A DNA stretch of 20,000 nucleotides, from the IMG/VR virus record IMGVR_UViG_3300046517_001279; one strand, written 5' to 3'. The DNA is from an uncultured virus (IMG/VR IMGVR_UViG_3300046517_001279) (lineage: Duplodnaviria; Heunggongvirae; Uroviricota; Caudoviricetes). A program made the position numbers and the translations under genes. The notes under the pieces are model-generated. The model worked only from the letters and a program-made list of their open reading frames with translations, was not told the origin of the DNA and searched no databases. Position 1 is the first letter of the stretch. Every line of letters begins with the position of its first letter. This document shows positions 1 to 8,421 of the stretch, piece after piece.

Positions 1-2
1 GT

Positions 3-1361
3 GCAGCCGACCGCCATGATGTTCGCAGCGCGTACGCCGTAGCGCGCGATGCCGTCCGGATCTTCAACGTACTCGGTGGCCTGCGCGTACAACTGATTCG
101 GGTCGTTGTACGTCACATACGCGACCGTGTGGCGGTCGCGACGCTGGCTGCCCGAGTAGGAGAACTGTCCGCCCACTATGTTGGCCGGCGAAAAGAGTGG
201 CATCGGCCCTTGCCACGGCGCGTCCTGCGTCGTCAGGATCGTGCCCGCGCCCCAGTAGGTCATGCCCCGGAACACGCTGCACAGATCCTGCACGACGTCG
301 TAGGCACCCTTGGGGGTCGTGATGCAGGTGTTCAACTGGAATCGCGGCTCCTGGCCGCCGAAACCGTCCGGCACCAGTTCGTCGCAGTACTGCCCGATCT
401 CATACAGGCTCGTCACGTCGATATCGGACGTGTTCAGGTAAAGCCCCAAGCCGTAGCGGTCGGACGTCAGCAAGTCGTACAGACACCACGCCGGGTTGCT
501 CGAATAGGCAATCTGGAAGCCGCCGTCCCATGCGCCAGTGTAGGTGCGTGCGACCGGATCGTAGTTGTTCGGCAGGCGGATCAGCAGGCCCTGGATCAGG
601 TACGTGCGCGTCGGGATACTGGCGAACTGCCGCGCGTCGATCTGAAAACCGACCAGCGCCGAATTCGGATAGGCCAGTTTCGTGTCGACGACCGTCGTCA
701 CCGCGTCCACGTAGGTCGGATTGACGAGGTCTACGTTGTCGCTATCGGGCGTGTTGCGCACCACCTGCACGGTCCAGGGGCCGGTCCCTGTCAGCGGGAA
801 CCTGAAACTCTTCTCGTACTTCGTGTTGGTGTAGCCGTTGAACGTATAGCTGAATGCCTCAATCCACGAGCCACCTGACGGCTGATAGTTCACGGTGAGT
901 TGCGCGGTCGTGCCCGAGATATCCCCGCTGCTCGTGTCTGTAGAGGAAAGGCCGCCGACCGAGAGCGTAATGACAACCGCATCGGCTTCAGGATTGTCGA
1001 TCTGGCTCGTTACCGGCACGCTGTTAAGCACTTGCGTGCCGAGTACAGCCGTCGCCTCGACAGAACTGAACCCGGGCAGGTACCCCTGCGTCTGCGTGCC
1101 ATTGGTCCACGCGATCGTGGCGCCGACGAAATTATTCGTCCCGTTCGACTCCTGTACCGGCACGCCATTCAGATAGATCGACTGCAGGCCGTTCACGAGA
1201 CCCTTGATCTCTCCCTCGCAGAGCAGGTCAAGGAACGTCGCGAACGCCACCGACTGCAGCGAACTGGATGGCGGCGGTGTTGTCCCGCTGCCGCCGCCCA
1301 GCAGGCCACCTGCGCCGCCAGGGGAAATTACCCGCGCATACTCGCTATTGATCTCGCTCAT
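3..1361 (-). CDS. Tail tip / host specificity protein, lambda gpJ-like (N-terminal part; runs off the window)
   Basis: Not in the ORF track because it has no stop in the window. Manual translation from ATG at 1361 gives MSEINSEYARVISPGGAGG...SLQSVAFATFLDLLCEGEIKGLVNGLQSIYLNGVPVQESNGTNNF...TQGYLPGFSSVE. DLLCEGEIKGLVNG..SIYLNGVP is typical of the gpJ N-terminus, and the gene directly follows the gpI-like gene. Confidence 0.92.
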   Translation of the reverse strand, partial: MSEINSEYARVISPGGAGGLLGGGSGTTPPPSSSLQSVAFATFLDLLCEGEIKGLVNGLQSIYLNGVPVQESNGTNNFVGATIAWTNGTQTQGYLPGFSSVEATAVLGTQVLNSVPVTSQIDNPEADAVVITLSVGGLSSTDTSSGDISGTTAQLTVNYQPSGGSWIEAFSYTFNGYTNTKYEKSFRFPLTGTGPWTVQVVRNTPDSDNVDLVNPTYVDAVTTVVDTKLAYPNSALVGFQIDARQFASIPTRTYLIQGLLIRLPNNYDPVARTYTGAWDGGFQIAYSSNPAWCLYDLLTSDRYGLGLYLNTSDIDVTSLYEIGQYCDELVPDGFGGQEPRFQLNTCITTPKGAYDVVQDLCSVFRGMTYWGAGTILTTQDAPWQGPMPLFSPANIVGGQFSYSGSQRRDRHTVAYVTYNDPNQLYAQATEYVEDPDGIARYGVRAANIMAVGC

Positions 1362-1368
1362 CTGCGCG

Positions 1369-2007
1369 TCAGTCCAGGATCAGGCCGGTTTCGGTCGGCG
1401 CGGCGCTCAGGTCCACAGCCTGCAGCGACGAACTGACCGGCAGGCCGCCGACGAGCATTTGCCCATAAACGACTGGCACTGGCTGCCCCTGCGTGATCGT
1501 GTTGGTCGTGGAGCCGCCGTTGAAGTAGTAGGACGCAGCGGACCCGGGCTGCTGAGGGCTGAGTAGCTGTGTGATACCCGCCAGGACCAGGCTCATACCG
1601 ATCGAACCGACCGCTGCCGCAGTTCCCGATGACATAAGTGCGCCCGCGCCGACCCAACCAACCGGGTTCCATATCGCCAGCGCGACAAGCGCGGCGCCCG
1701 CCACGATTTCGAGAACGCTGCCGAAGACCCCTTTGGCCCCGTCCACCGCGTGCGAGATGATCAGACGCTCGCCAGCGGGCAAGCCCAACTGTTCTTCGCT
1801 ACGGCTGCGGCGGTCACAGATGACGTGAAAATTCACACCGTCGCGCGCGCTTTCCATCATGTACGCCTTGAAGTCTGGGCGGGCGAGGCCGATGAGGCGC
1901 AGCGCCTGCTTAGGCGTCCTGCATACCAGTCGCCACTTGCGGCCGAACTTCTTACCGAGTTCCCCAGCCAGATAGACGTCAGTGTATTCAGCCGGGACGG
2001 TTCTCAT
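1369..2007 (-). CDS. Tail assembly protein, lambda gpI-like
   Basis: 212 aa. Shows VYLAGELGKKFGR..., a hydrophobic Gly/Ala-rich middle, and SYYFNG...QGQPVPVVYGQMLVG, as in gpI. Lies between K and J. Confidence 0.92.
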   Translation of the reverse strand: MRTVPAEYTDVYLAGELGKKFGRKWRLVCRTPKQALRLIGLARPDFKAYMMESARDGVNFHVICDRRSRSEEQLGLPAGERLIISHAVDGAKGVFGSVLEIVAGAALVALAIWNPVGWVGAGALMSSGTAAAVGSIGMSLVLAGITQLLSPQQPGSAASYYFNGGSTTNTITQGQPVPVVYGQMLVGGLPVSSSLQAVDLSAAPTETGLILD

Positions 2008-2738
2008 AGTTGTGATTTATGTCGTAAGTAGTGCGTAGCATTTTTCTGCCACTGGCCGCCGTATGGAAAGATCCCCGACAGGCGTTTGTAGGTGTGGTGC
2101 AGTATCTTGCCGTCGCCCAAGTATATCGCAGCGTGATTCGGTACAGGAGAGAGGATTTGCATCAGAATCGCGTCTCCGCGTTGCAATTTCCTCACATCGG
2201 TGCCGATCGACACGAAACCGTTCCGCTCAAAGCCGTCCAGGTAGAGACTTTGCCCTTTGTTCCACCACTCGTCTTCCCGCTCATCGTCGGGAAGGTCGAT
2301 GCTCATCTCCCGCTTGTACCAGTCGCGGCACAATGCGTAGCAGTCCAAAATACCGTGGACGAACGTACGGCCGACGTAGGGCGTCTCGTAGCCGGTCGGC
2401 TCCGTGTAGCTGTGGCCGCCTGCCGGCCAGCTCACGATGTGCCAGGGCAGGCCCGTCTTTTCGATCATGGCGCGGTCGCCGTCGCTCGGCGCGGCGCTCG
2501 CGTTGGGGTGGGTATGCCACAGCGACACGACTTCGTAGTCGACATTCAGGAACGCCCACTCTTCGGCCGAGATCTTGAAGTACTCGTGCGGGTTGGGGTG
2601 GACGTTGGTGCACTCGATCAGGCGCTGGCCGACGCCGTCCTGCACGATGACGCCGCAGCGTTCTTTCGGGTGCGCGTTGGTCGCGGCTTCTGCTGCCGCG
2701 ATCTCGATGATCTGCCGGACGAAGTCGAATTTCGTCAT
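2004..2738 (-). CDS. Tail tip assembly protein, lambda gpK-like (JAB/MPN + NlpC/P60)
   Basis: Start reassigned to the ATG at 2738 (ATGA overlap with the L stop), giving MTKFDFVRQ, 244 aa. JAB motif E.CG...HTHP..SAAPSDGD and NlpC/P60 motifs DCYALCRDWY and PNHAAIYLGDGKILHH. Confidence 0.92.
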   Translation of the reverse strand: MTKFDFVRQIIEIAAAEAATNAHPKERCGVIVQDGVGQRLIECTNVHPNPHEYFKISAEEWAFLNVDYEVVSLWHTHPNASAAPSDGDRAMIEKTGLPWHIVSWPAGGHSYTEPTGYETPYVGRTFVHGILDCYALCRDWYKREMSIDLPDDEREDEWWNKGQSLYLDGFERNGFVSIGTDVRKLQRGDAILMQILSPVPNHAAIYLGDGKILHHTYKRLSGIFPYGGQWQKNATHYLRHKSQL

Positions 2739-3421
2739 ACGTAGGTACGGCTGCCCGGGAAAGCGCCGAACGGAAGCAGCGCGTTCGTACCGAACCTCGC
2801 CTGGCACGACGTCAACCGCTTGCCGCACTGATCGCCGCCAACCGCCGCCTGTGGCGCGTCGGTCGTGTCGAAATACTTGCCCGGCACCGGCACCCACGTG
2901 CACTGCGCGCCCTTGTAGATCCACGGGCAGCTGTTCTGCAGGATCTGGCGCGCCGGCAGTTGCAGGCCCGTCGTGTCGAACTGCGTCGTCAGTTCAAACA
3001 CCACCTGCACGCCCGTTTCCGAGATCTTCCGGTTGACGTAGTAGATGTCGGGCACGAGCATCTGCGACGGATCTGCGCCGGGCTGGTCGTCGAGAAACTG
3101 TGCAAACGTGCGCAAGCGCGTGACCTTGGCGCCCACCAGGTCGTTCAACTGCAGCGCGGTCGCCGAAATGATGCCGCCGATATTGGACAGCGCGATCTGC
3201 GGCTGCGGGATGGTTCCCTGACCGGTGAACTCGAAGCCGGTCGCCTCCAGCGGCCAGGGCTGATAGGTGAGCCCCTGAAACACGATCGGCTTCCGGTTGG
3301 CGTCGGTGCCCGCGAAAAAATAGTCGATCGTGCCGAAGCCGATGACCGTGGTGTCAAGCTGATACAGTTCGATCAGCGCGCCCGGGGTCAGGCTTTGCAG
3401 TGCTGCGTTGATTTCACTCAT
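2735..3421 (-). CDS. Minor tail protein, lambda gpL-like
   Basis: 228 aa. Contains IELYQLD...YQPWPLEATGFE and a C-terminal four-Cys pattern (CPWIYKGAQC...QCGKRLTSC.ARFG...PFGAFPG) matching the Fe-S-binding domain of gpL. Confidence 0.93.
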   Translation of the reverse strand: MSEINAALQSLTPGALIELYQLDTTVIGFGTIDYFFAGTDANRKPIVFQGLTYQPWPLEATGFEFTGQGTIPQPQIALSNIGGIISATALQLNDLVGAKVTRLRTFAQFLDDQPGADPSQMLVPDIYYVNRKISETGVQVVFELTTQFDTTGLQLPARQILQNSCPWIYKGAQCTWVPVPGKYFDTTDAPQAAVGGDQCGKRLTSCQARFGTNALLPFGAFPGSRTYV

Positions 3422-3423
3422 GC

Positions 3424-3774
3424 TTAGTCCGGGTCAAATACCTGCTGGAATGTGACGGAGATGGTGGTCTGCCCCGCGTCGCTCTCGGTCCTGCTGATCT
3501 TGCCGGTCGTCTTGACCTTGATCGACATGCCCCGGCGCGGCGGCGTCCACCAGAAGCGCAGATAGCCGCCCTGGTTCATCAGGAAGTTGTAAATGTCATC
3601 CGCCTCATCCGGCTGCCGGTTGAACTTCAGAGTCCACGCCTGCGGCATCGAATTGATACCGAGCGGCGTGTCCTGCGAGTAGCCGTCGCCGAACTGCGCA
3701 GTGAGCACGGTCGGTGTGACGTCTACCTGCGCGCCGTAGTCCGGCTGCCAGGGGAAAAATGCAAGGTCGCTCAT
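3424..3774 (-). CDS. Minor tail protein, lambda gpM-like (distal tail)
   Basis: 116 aa. FPWQPD...AQFGDGYSQ...GIN...FWWTPP...FQQVF matches the gpM pattern; directly follows the tape measure gene. Confidence 0.92.
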   Translation of the reverse strand: MSDLAFFPWQPDYGAQVDVTPTVLTAQFGDGYSQDTPLGINSMPQAWTLKFNRQPDEADDIYNFLMNQGGYLRFWWTPPRRGMSIKVKTTGKISRTESDAGQTTISVTFQQVFDPD

Positions 3775-6700
3775 CGCGTCGCTGCCGTCCTGATGATGTT
3801 ATTGATCTGGCCGCCCGGCAGCGAGTGCTTGCGCACGATCTCGATCACGGACGCCTGCAATTCTTTCTGCATCGCGGCCGATCGCGTTTGAGCTTGCGCC
3901 GACGTGTCCTGCTGCCCGTTGCTCGCCGTGCTGTTGATATGAAACGCGATGCTCGTGCCCGCCGCGCCTTGGCCTCCGCCTGTGTTCACGAAGCCGCCGT
4001 CAGCGAAGTGCGTCTTGCCCGCGTAACTTCTGGCGCCGCCGTTCAGCGCCTCAAGGATAGGGCGGTGCTGCGCGGTCGCAGCGGCGTTCACCACGAACTC
4101 GCCGTTCGACAGGCGCGCGGGGATACTGTCGCTCGTGCTCGAACCCGGGCCGGTAACGTGGCCGCCGTCTGCGAAGCCTGTTGCAAGTGCGGCGAACTGC
4201 GAGCCCAAGCCCAGACCCGCTGAGTCAGCGATGCCGGTCCCCGCTGAAGTCACCATCGCGTCCAGCCCCGCGCTGCCGCCTGCAGTGAGGCCCATCCCGA
4301 GGCCAGCGGACATCGACGTTCCGCCCATGCCGAACATCTGCAGGAGCGCCCCGAGAGGCCCTGCGGAGACGGAGCCCCCTGGGGCCATGCCGCTTTGGAT
4401 CAGGCCGAAGACCTTCGACTCCGCAGCCTGGATCTCCATCTTCGCGAGCGCCTGCACGAAGCTCGCCGCGAGCGCCTGAAAGTTGACCTGACCGGTCATA
4501 GCGAACTTCAGCAGGTCGTCCGTCAGGCCGTTCAGGAAACCTGTGGTGGCCGCAGCGACCTGACCTGTCGTGTTCTGCGCTTGTGAACTCCAGCTGCTCC
4601 ATGCCTTTTCTGCGCCGGTCGACCAGCTATCGTCGGCCTGCTGCATCTTCTGCGTCGCAGCTTCGTGCATCGCCACGGACGTCGCTTCTGCACTCTGTTG
4701 CGCCTGGTCCATCGCGGCGTACTGGTTGCTGTCGATCTTCCCGGAGTAGAGTTGCTGCTGGAGGCTTGTCGCGGCGATATTCTCCTTACCTTGCGCTTGC
4801 GCAGCGAACCCTGCGTGCTTGCCGCCCGCAATCTGTGCGTTGTCCGCTTCCGCCTGCTTGTTTAGCTGGTCCTGGAGCGTCGCGACGTACCGCTGTACCG
4901 CAGCGGTCTTGGCTTCGGTGCCTTGGAGTTCTTTCGCGTCGATCTCAGTCTGCGTGGCTGCGTAGTGTGAGATGGCGACGTTGGCGTCTGACTGCAGCGA
5001 GTTAATCACCGTCTGGTCTTTCACCTTCTGCGCCGCGCTGGTAGACGACGATGCGATATCCGCCCGCAGCATGGCCTCCAACCTGGCGTAGTAGGAGAGC
5101 TTATTCACCAGGTCCTGGTCACTCAGTTGCCGTTCCTGATCGTAATAATCCTTGTCAGAAACGAGCTTTGCCTTGCGATTGTTGTCGAGGATTTGCTGGT
5201 TGTCGGACTCCAGTTTTTGCTGCTGGGTGAACTGGTCCTTTTGCCCTTGCAGCAACTGTTGGGAGTCTGCGTTGTCGAGCGCTCCTGCGCCCCGCGTCGA
5301 GGGCGTGCGGGGTGTCAGGCGCTTCGTGATCGCAGTCGTCAGGTCTGCGCCTTGCCCATCTGCTGCCTGACCGCCTGCCTCCTGAACAGCCCTCAGCGCT
5401 GCCGCCTGCTTGTCCAGCACGTCAGTCAGTTCGCTGCGCTTGCTGTACTCATTCTGCAACTGGTCGAGCACTCGCTGGCCCGCGATGCCGGCTTGTTGCG
5501 TCTGCTGATACGACCCTTGCAGGTCATGCGCGCGCCGGCTCGCGCCTTGCTCGTTCTGCAGGCGGTATTGCTCGCTCTGTAGCGAGGCCACGTTGCCGCC
5601 CGGCGCCTGCGTGGTCTCCGTAGTGCCGAGTGCCTGGTCGAAGTTGCTCGTACCGGCCCTCGCAGCGGCGAGCGACTTGGAGACCTGATCGAGTTGGTCC
5701 TGGATTGTCTGCGGCTTGCCGATACCAAGCATCGCGTTCCACGCGCCGCTCGCGACGTCTCCAATATCCTTCCACGCGGTCTGCAGCGTGCCCAGGTTGC
5801 CTTCGATCTCTTTGGCGCGGTCGCCCAGGGCGCTCGCGTAGGCAGCCTCTGCCGCGTCGGCCGCGCCCACTGCGTCGCCTTGCTTCTGCAACGCATCTAT
5901 CTGCTCGAAGACGGCCGTCGTCAGGTAGTGGTACTGCTCGTTCAGCGCGGCAGACGCCTTGACCGGGTCTTCCTGCAGCTTCACGAACTGGGCAATCGTC
6001 TTGTCGACGGCGATGCCTGTGGCATCGGCCATCTGGGTAGCAGCGGTGCCGATCATCATGATCTGGTCGCTCGTGAAGCGCCCCGAGTTCGCCAGATCCG
6101 TGATCGCCTTAGCCGCCACACCTGCGCGCTCGCCCCCGGCTGAGATCTGATTGACCATCTGCTGCAGCCCCGCCGCGCTCGTGCCGGCCGAGTCGCCCGT
6201 CAGGATCAGCGACTCGTTAAACGCCTTCCACTGTGCTTCGCCCTTGCCCACAGCGAGCGTCATCACGCCTAGGGCCGCCACCACCCCCAGGACCGCAATA
6301 CCGACCGGGCTAAAGACCGCGTCGAGCGCGCCGCTGATATTCAGGAGTCGCACGAACGAGCCCGCCAGCCGGTCGACGTCGCCACGATTGATCTCATTGC
6401 CCATCGTAACGATTTCGCGCGTTACGCCCGAAGTCGCAAACGAAGCGCCAACTGCGGCCGCGCCTTCCTCGACGTAGGCCGCCGCCATTCTCGTGCCTTG
6501 TGCGATCTGCGCCGTGCGCAACTCGATTTCCTTGGCGAGCATCACTTGGTAGGCAACCTCGCCCTCTGTTGCGCCCGCGAGGCGCGCGTCGTACTCGGCC
6601 AGTTGCGCGCCGGTCGCGGTGATCGCAAACGCCTTGCGCTCCAGCGACGCTGTCGTGCGCGCGACGGCGGCGTTGTAGACGTCGTCAGCCTCAGCGGCGC

Positions 6701-7520
6701 GCGTGACAGCGGCCGCCGACTCAGTGGCGGCGGCGGTCGTCGCGGCGAGCGTCGCATTGAATGATTGGCCGGCGCGCTCGGCTTCGGTCGCGGCTGCCGC
6801 AACCGCGTCGACGCTCTCCGCGTACTTCGCTGCGATCGCAGCGGTCTCGCTCTGCGCAGCAGTCCATTCCAGCGCGGTAGCTGCTATGGCCTGAAAACGT
6901 AGGGTGGCCGCGTCCGCGCTCTCCGCAGCGGCAGTCGTGGCCGTCGTACTAGCAGCCAGCGCAGCGGTCTGCGTCTCAATCGCAGCGATGAGCGGCGCCG
7001 CCTGCTCGGTCACGCCGAGTTGCGCCGCCTTGTATTCGAGCAGTTCGGTTTTCGACAGGCCGATCGTTTCGGACTGCGTAACGAGACTCGCGATAAAACG
7101 CTCGCCGGCTGCCACGTTAGCCGCCTGTGCAGCAGCGAGCGCATTGGCCTCGGCCGCCTGCGCCTGCATCGATTGCAGCGTGAGCGTTTGCGCCTTGTAC
7201 CACTCCAGTTCGGTCTCAGCCATGCCGGCCAGCACACCGTTGTAGTGCGCGACGGCATCGGCCGACGCGCCGAATAGCGCGATCTGCTTTTCAACGGTGG
7301 CGAGGAGGCGGTCGGCAGCGGTGGCCGAAGCGGTCGATGCAGCGGCAGCAGCATCCGACGCACTCGTCTGCGCCGCTGCCGCTTGGGTCGAGGACGCAGC
7401 CAGCTTCGCGTTGGCGTCGGCGGCACGGTTAGCACCCCCAACGAATGCGTCGAGATCGGCGGTGGCTTTGATGGCCGCCGTCGAGTCGATTGAGAGGCCC
7501 AGCGCGGCGATATCGGCCAT
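3771..7520 (-). CDS. Tail tape measure protein
   Basis: 1249 aa, Ala-rich and helical. Lambda-type TMP segment FNESLILTGD...DPVKASAALNEQYHYLT...AWNAMLGIG and C-terminal FADGGHVTGPGSSTSDSIPARLSNGEFVVNA. Lies between the chaperones and gpM. Confidence 0.95.
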   Translation of the reverse strand: MADIAALGLSIDSTAAIKATADLDAFVGGANRAADANAKLAASSTQAAAAQTSASDAAAAASTASATAADRLLATVEKQIALFGASADAVAHYNGVLAGMAETELEWYKAQTLTLQSMQAQAAEANALAAAQAANVAAGERFIASLVTQSETIGLSKTELLEYKAAQLGVTEQAAPLIAAIETQTAALAASTTATTAAAESADAATLRFQAIAATALEWTAAQSETAAIAAKYAESVDAVAAAATEAERAGQSFNATLAATTAAATESAAAVTRAAEADDVYNAAVARTTASLERKAFAITATGAQLAEYDARLAGATEGEVAYQVMLAKEIELRTAQIAQGTRMAAAYVEEGAAAVGASFATSGVTREIVTMGNEINRGDVDRLAGSFVRLLNISGALDAVFSPVGIAVLGVVAALGVMTLAVGKGEAQWKAFNESLILTGDSAGTSAAGLQQMVNQISAGGERAGVAAKAITDLANSGRFTSDQIMMIGTAATQMADATGIAVDKTIAQFVKLQEDPVKASAALNEQYHYLTTAVFEQIDALQKQGDAVGAADAAEAAYASALGDRAKEIEGNLGTLQTAWKDIGDVASGAWNAMLGIGKPQTIQDQLDQVSKSLAAARAGTSNFDQALGTTETTQAPGGNVASLQSEQYRLQNEQGASRRAHDLQGSYQQTQQAGIAGQRVLDQLQNEYSKRSELTDVLDKQAAALRAVQEAGGQAADGQGADLTTAITKRLTPRTPSTRGAGALDNADSQQLLQGQKDQFTQQQKLESDNQQILDNNRKAKLVSDKDYYDQERQLSDQDLVNKLSYYARLEAMLRADIASSSTSAAQKVKDQTVINSLQSDANVAISHYAATQTEIDAKELQGTEAKTAAVQRYVATLQDQLNKQAEADNAQIAGGKHAGFAAQAQGKENIAATSLQQQLYSGKIDSNQYAAMDQAQQSAEATSVAMHEAATQKMQQADDSWSTGAEKAWSSWSSQAQNTTGQVAAATTGFLNGLTDDLLKFAMTGQVNFQALAASFVQALAKMEIQAAESKVFGLIQSGMAPGGSVSAGPLGALLQMFGMGGTSMSAGLGMGLTAGGSAGLDAMVTSAGTGIADSAGLGLGSQFAALATGFADGGHVTGPGSSTSDSIPARLSNGEFVVNAAATAQHRPILEALNGGARSYAGKTHFADGGFVNTGGGQGAAGTSIAFHINSTASNGQQDTSAQAQTRSAAMQKELQASVIEIVRKHSLPGGQINNIIRTAATR

Positions 7521-7522
7521 TG

Positions 7523-7891
7523 TTATTCCGGCTTTTTCTCGTTAGATACGCGGATTCTAACTGAATCGATCCGTTTTATCGCCTCAACTTCCCACGGCGC
7601 GAGCGTCACGCGCATCAGCGTCGCCCACGCCTGGATCTCGGAATAGCTCAGCGGATTCAGGCCGAACCCGTTGCTCCCGCGCGCGCCGTCAAGCTCAAGG
7701 AACCAGCCCCAAAGGTACCCCACCTCAGCAGGCATCTCCGGGATCTCGGCCAGTTGTTTGGGTTTTCGTCCCGTCTGGCGTTCGATCGACTCAAGATGGC
7801 TACGCAGCGAGGTACCGTCTTTCTGGGCGACTGCGAGGCGGAACTCTGCTTCGCAGTGCTTGACGGCGTCCTCGATCAGCGTTTCAAAAAA
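7523..7891 (-). CDS. Tail assembly chaperone C-terminal extension (gpT-like), probably expressed as a -1 frameshift fusion
   Basis: The -1 frame is open from the slippery site to TAA at 7523: FFETLIEDAVKHCEAEFRLAVAQKDGTSLRSHLESIERQTGRKPKQLAEIPE, continuing into the 70-aa ORF MPAEVGYLWGWFLELDGAR...PLSYSEIQAW...EVEAIKRID. Confidence 0.85.
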   Translation of the reverse strand, partial: FFETLIEDAVKHCEAEFRLAVAQKDGTSLRSHLESIERQTGRKPKQLAEIPEMPAEVGYLWGWFLELDGARGSNGFGLNPLSYSEIQAWATLMRVTLAPWEVEAIKRIDSVRIRVSNEKKPE

Positions 7892-8355
7892 TTGGCACCA
7901 TTCTCGATGGCGGACAGCACCTTGTCGCGCACGACGGCGTTCTTCGTGTAGAGCATCTTGGCGTTCGCAGCGCTGTACGCGAACTCGTCGCCGCCGTTGG
8001 TCAGGCCGAACCAGCCGACCGTCGCTGCGACGGCCAGCGCGACGCTGGTCATGTCGCGCTGATCGATGAACTCCTCGGAGTCGGAGTCCTTCTTGAGATC
8101 GAGCGGGCGTCCGCGCACGGCGGACTTCTTCAGCGCGACGCGCGTGATCGCGCGGTCAGCATCCTTGTACTGCTGCGAATTCTTGCCGACGACCGTGATC
8201 GCAGCGGTGGTGTTGCCGTCTGCATCGAAGTCGAACGGGATGTCGTAGGTGACGTCGTTGTCGTCCGACAGACCGATGTCAAAGCCGACTGCCTTGGGTT
8301 TCGTTTGCACTACTGACGTTTCGCCCGTTTGGCCGTCGTCCAGAGTATCTTCCAT
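7876..8355 (-). CDS. Tail assembly chaperone (gpG-like)
   Basis: 159 aa, between tail tube and TMP. Contains ITVVGKNSQQYK...ATVGWFG and ends in ..GANFLKR, with the slippery site in the NF-L codons. Confidence 0.85.
   Translation of the reverse strand: MEDTLDDGQTGETSVVQTKPKAVGFDIGLSDDNDVTYDIPFDFDADGNTTAAITVVGKNSQQYKDADRAITRVALKKSAVRGRPLDLKKDSDSEEFIDQRDMTSVALAVAATVGWFGLTNGGDEFAYSAANAKMLYTKNAVVRDKVLSAIENGANFLKR
7885..7891 (-). other. Programmed -1 ribosomal frameshift slippery heptamer T TTT TTG
   Basis: Minus strand reads AAT TTT TTG AAA CGC TGA. This is an X XXY YYZ heptamer in the correct phase, ending two codons before the chaperone stop, at the canonical G/GT position before the TMP gene. 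Confidence 0.82.
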
Positions 8356-8382
8356 CAGGTTCCCCGTGGGTTGTATGGTTGT

Positions 8383-8421
8383 GAAGCCCCCATTATAGAG
8401 GGCTTCCGCGCTTTATATCAA
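8383..8421 (-). promoter_or_regulatory. sigma70-like promoter (TTGATA-N18-TATAAT) with the -10 enclosed by a GAAGCCC/GGGCTTC inverted repeat
   Basis: -35 at 8416-8421, -10 at 8392-8397, inverted repeat arms at 8383-8389 and 8400-8406, upstream of the chaperone gene. Confidence 0.55.

Noticed and set aside
1347..3421. Both gpL-like and gpJ-like proteins begin MSEIN
   Set aside because: The similarity covers only five codons with synonymous differences and nothing beyond; probably coincidence.
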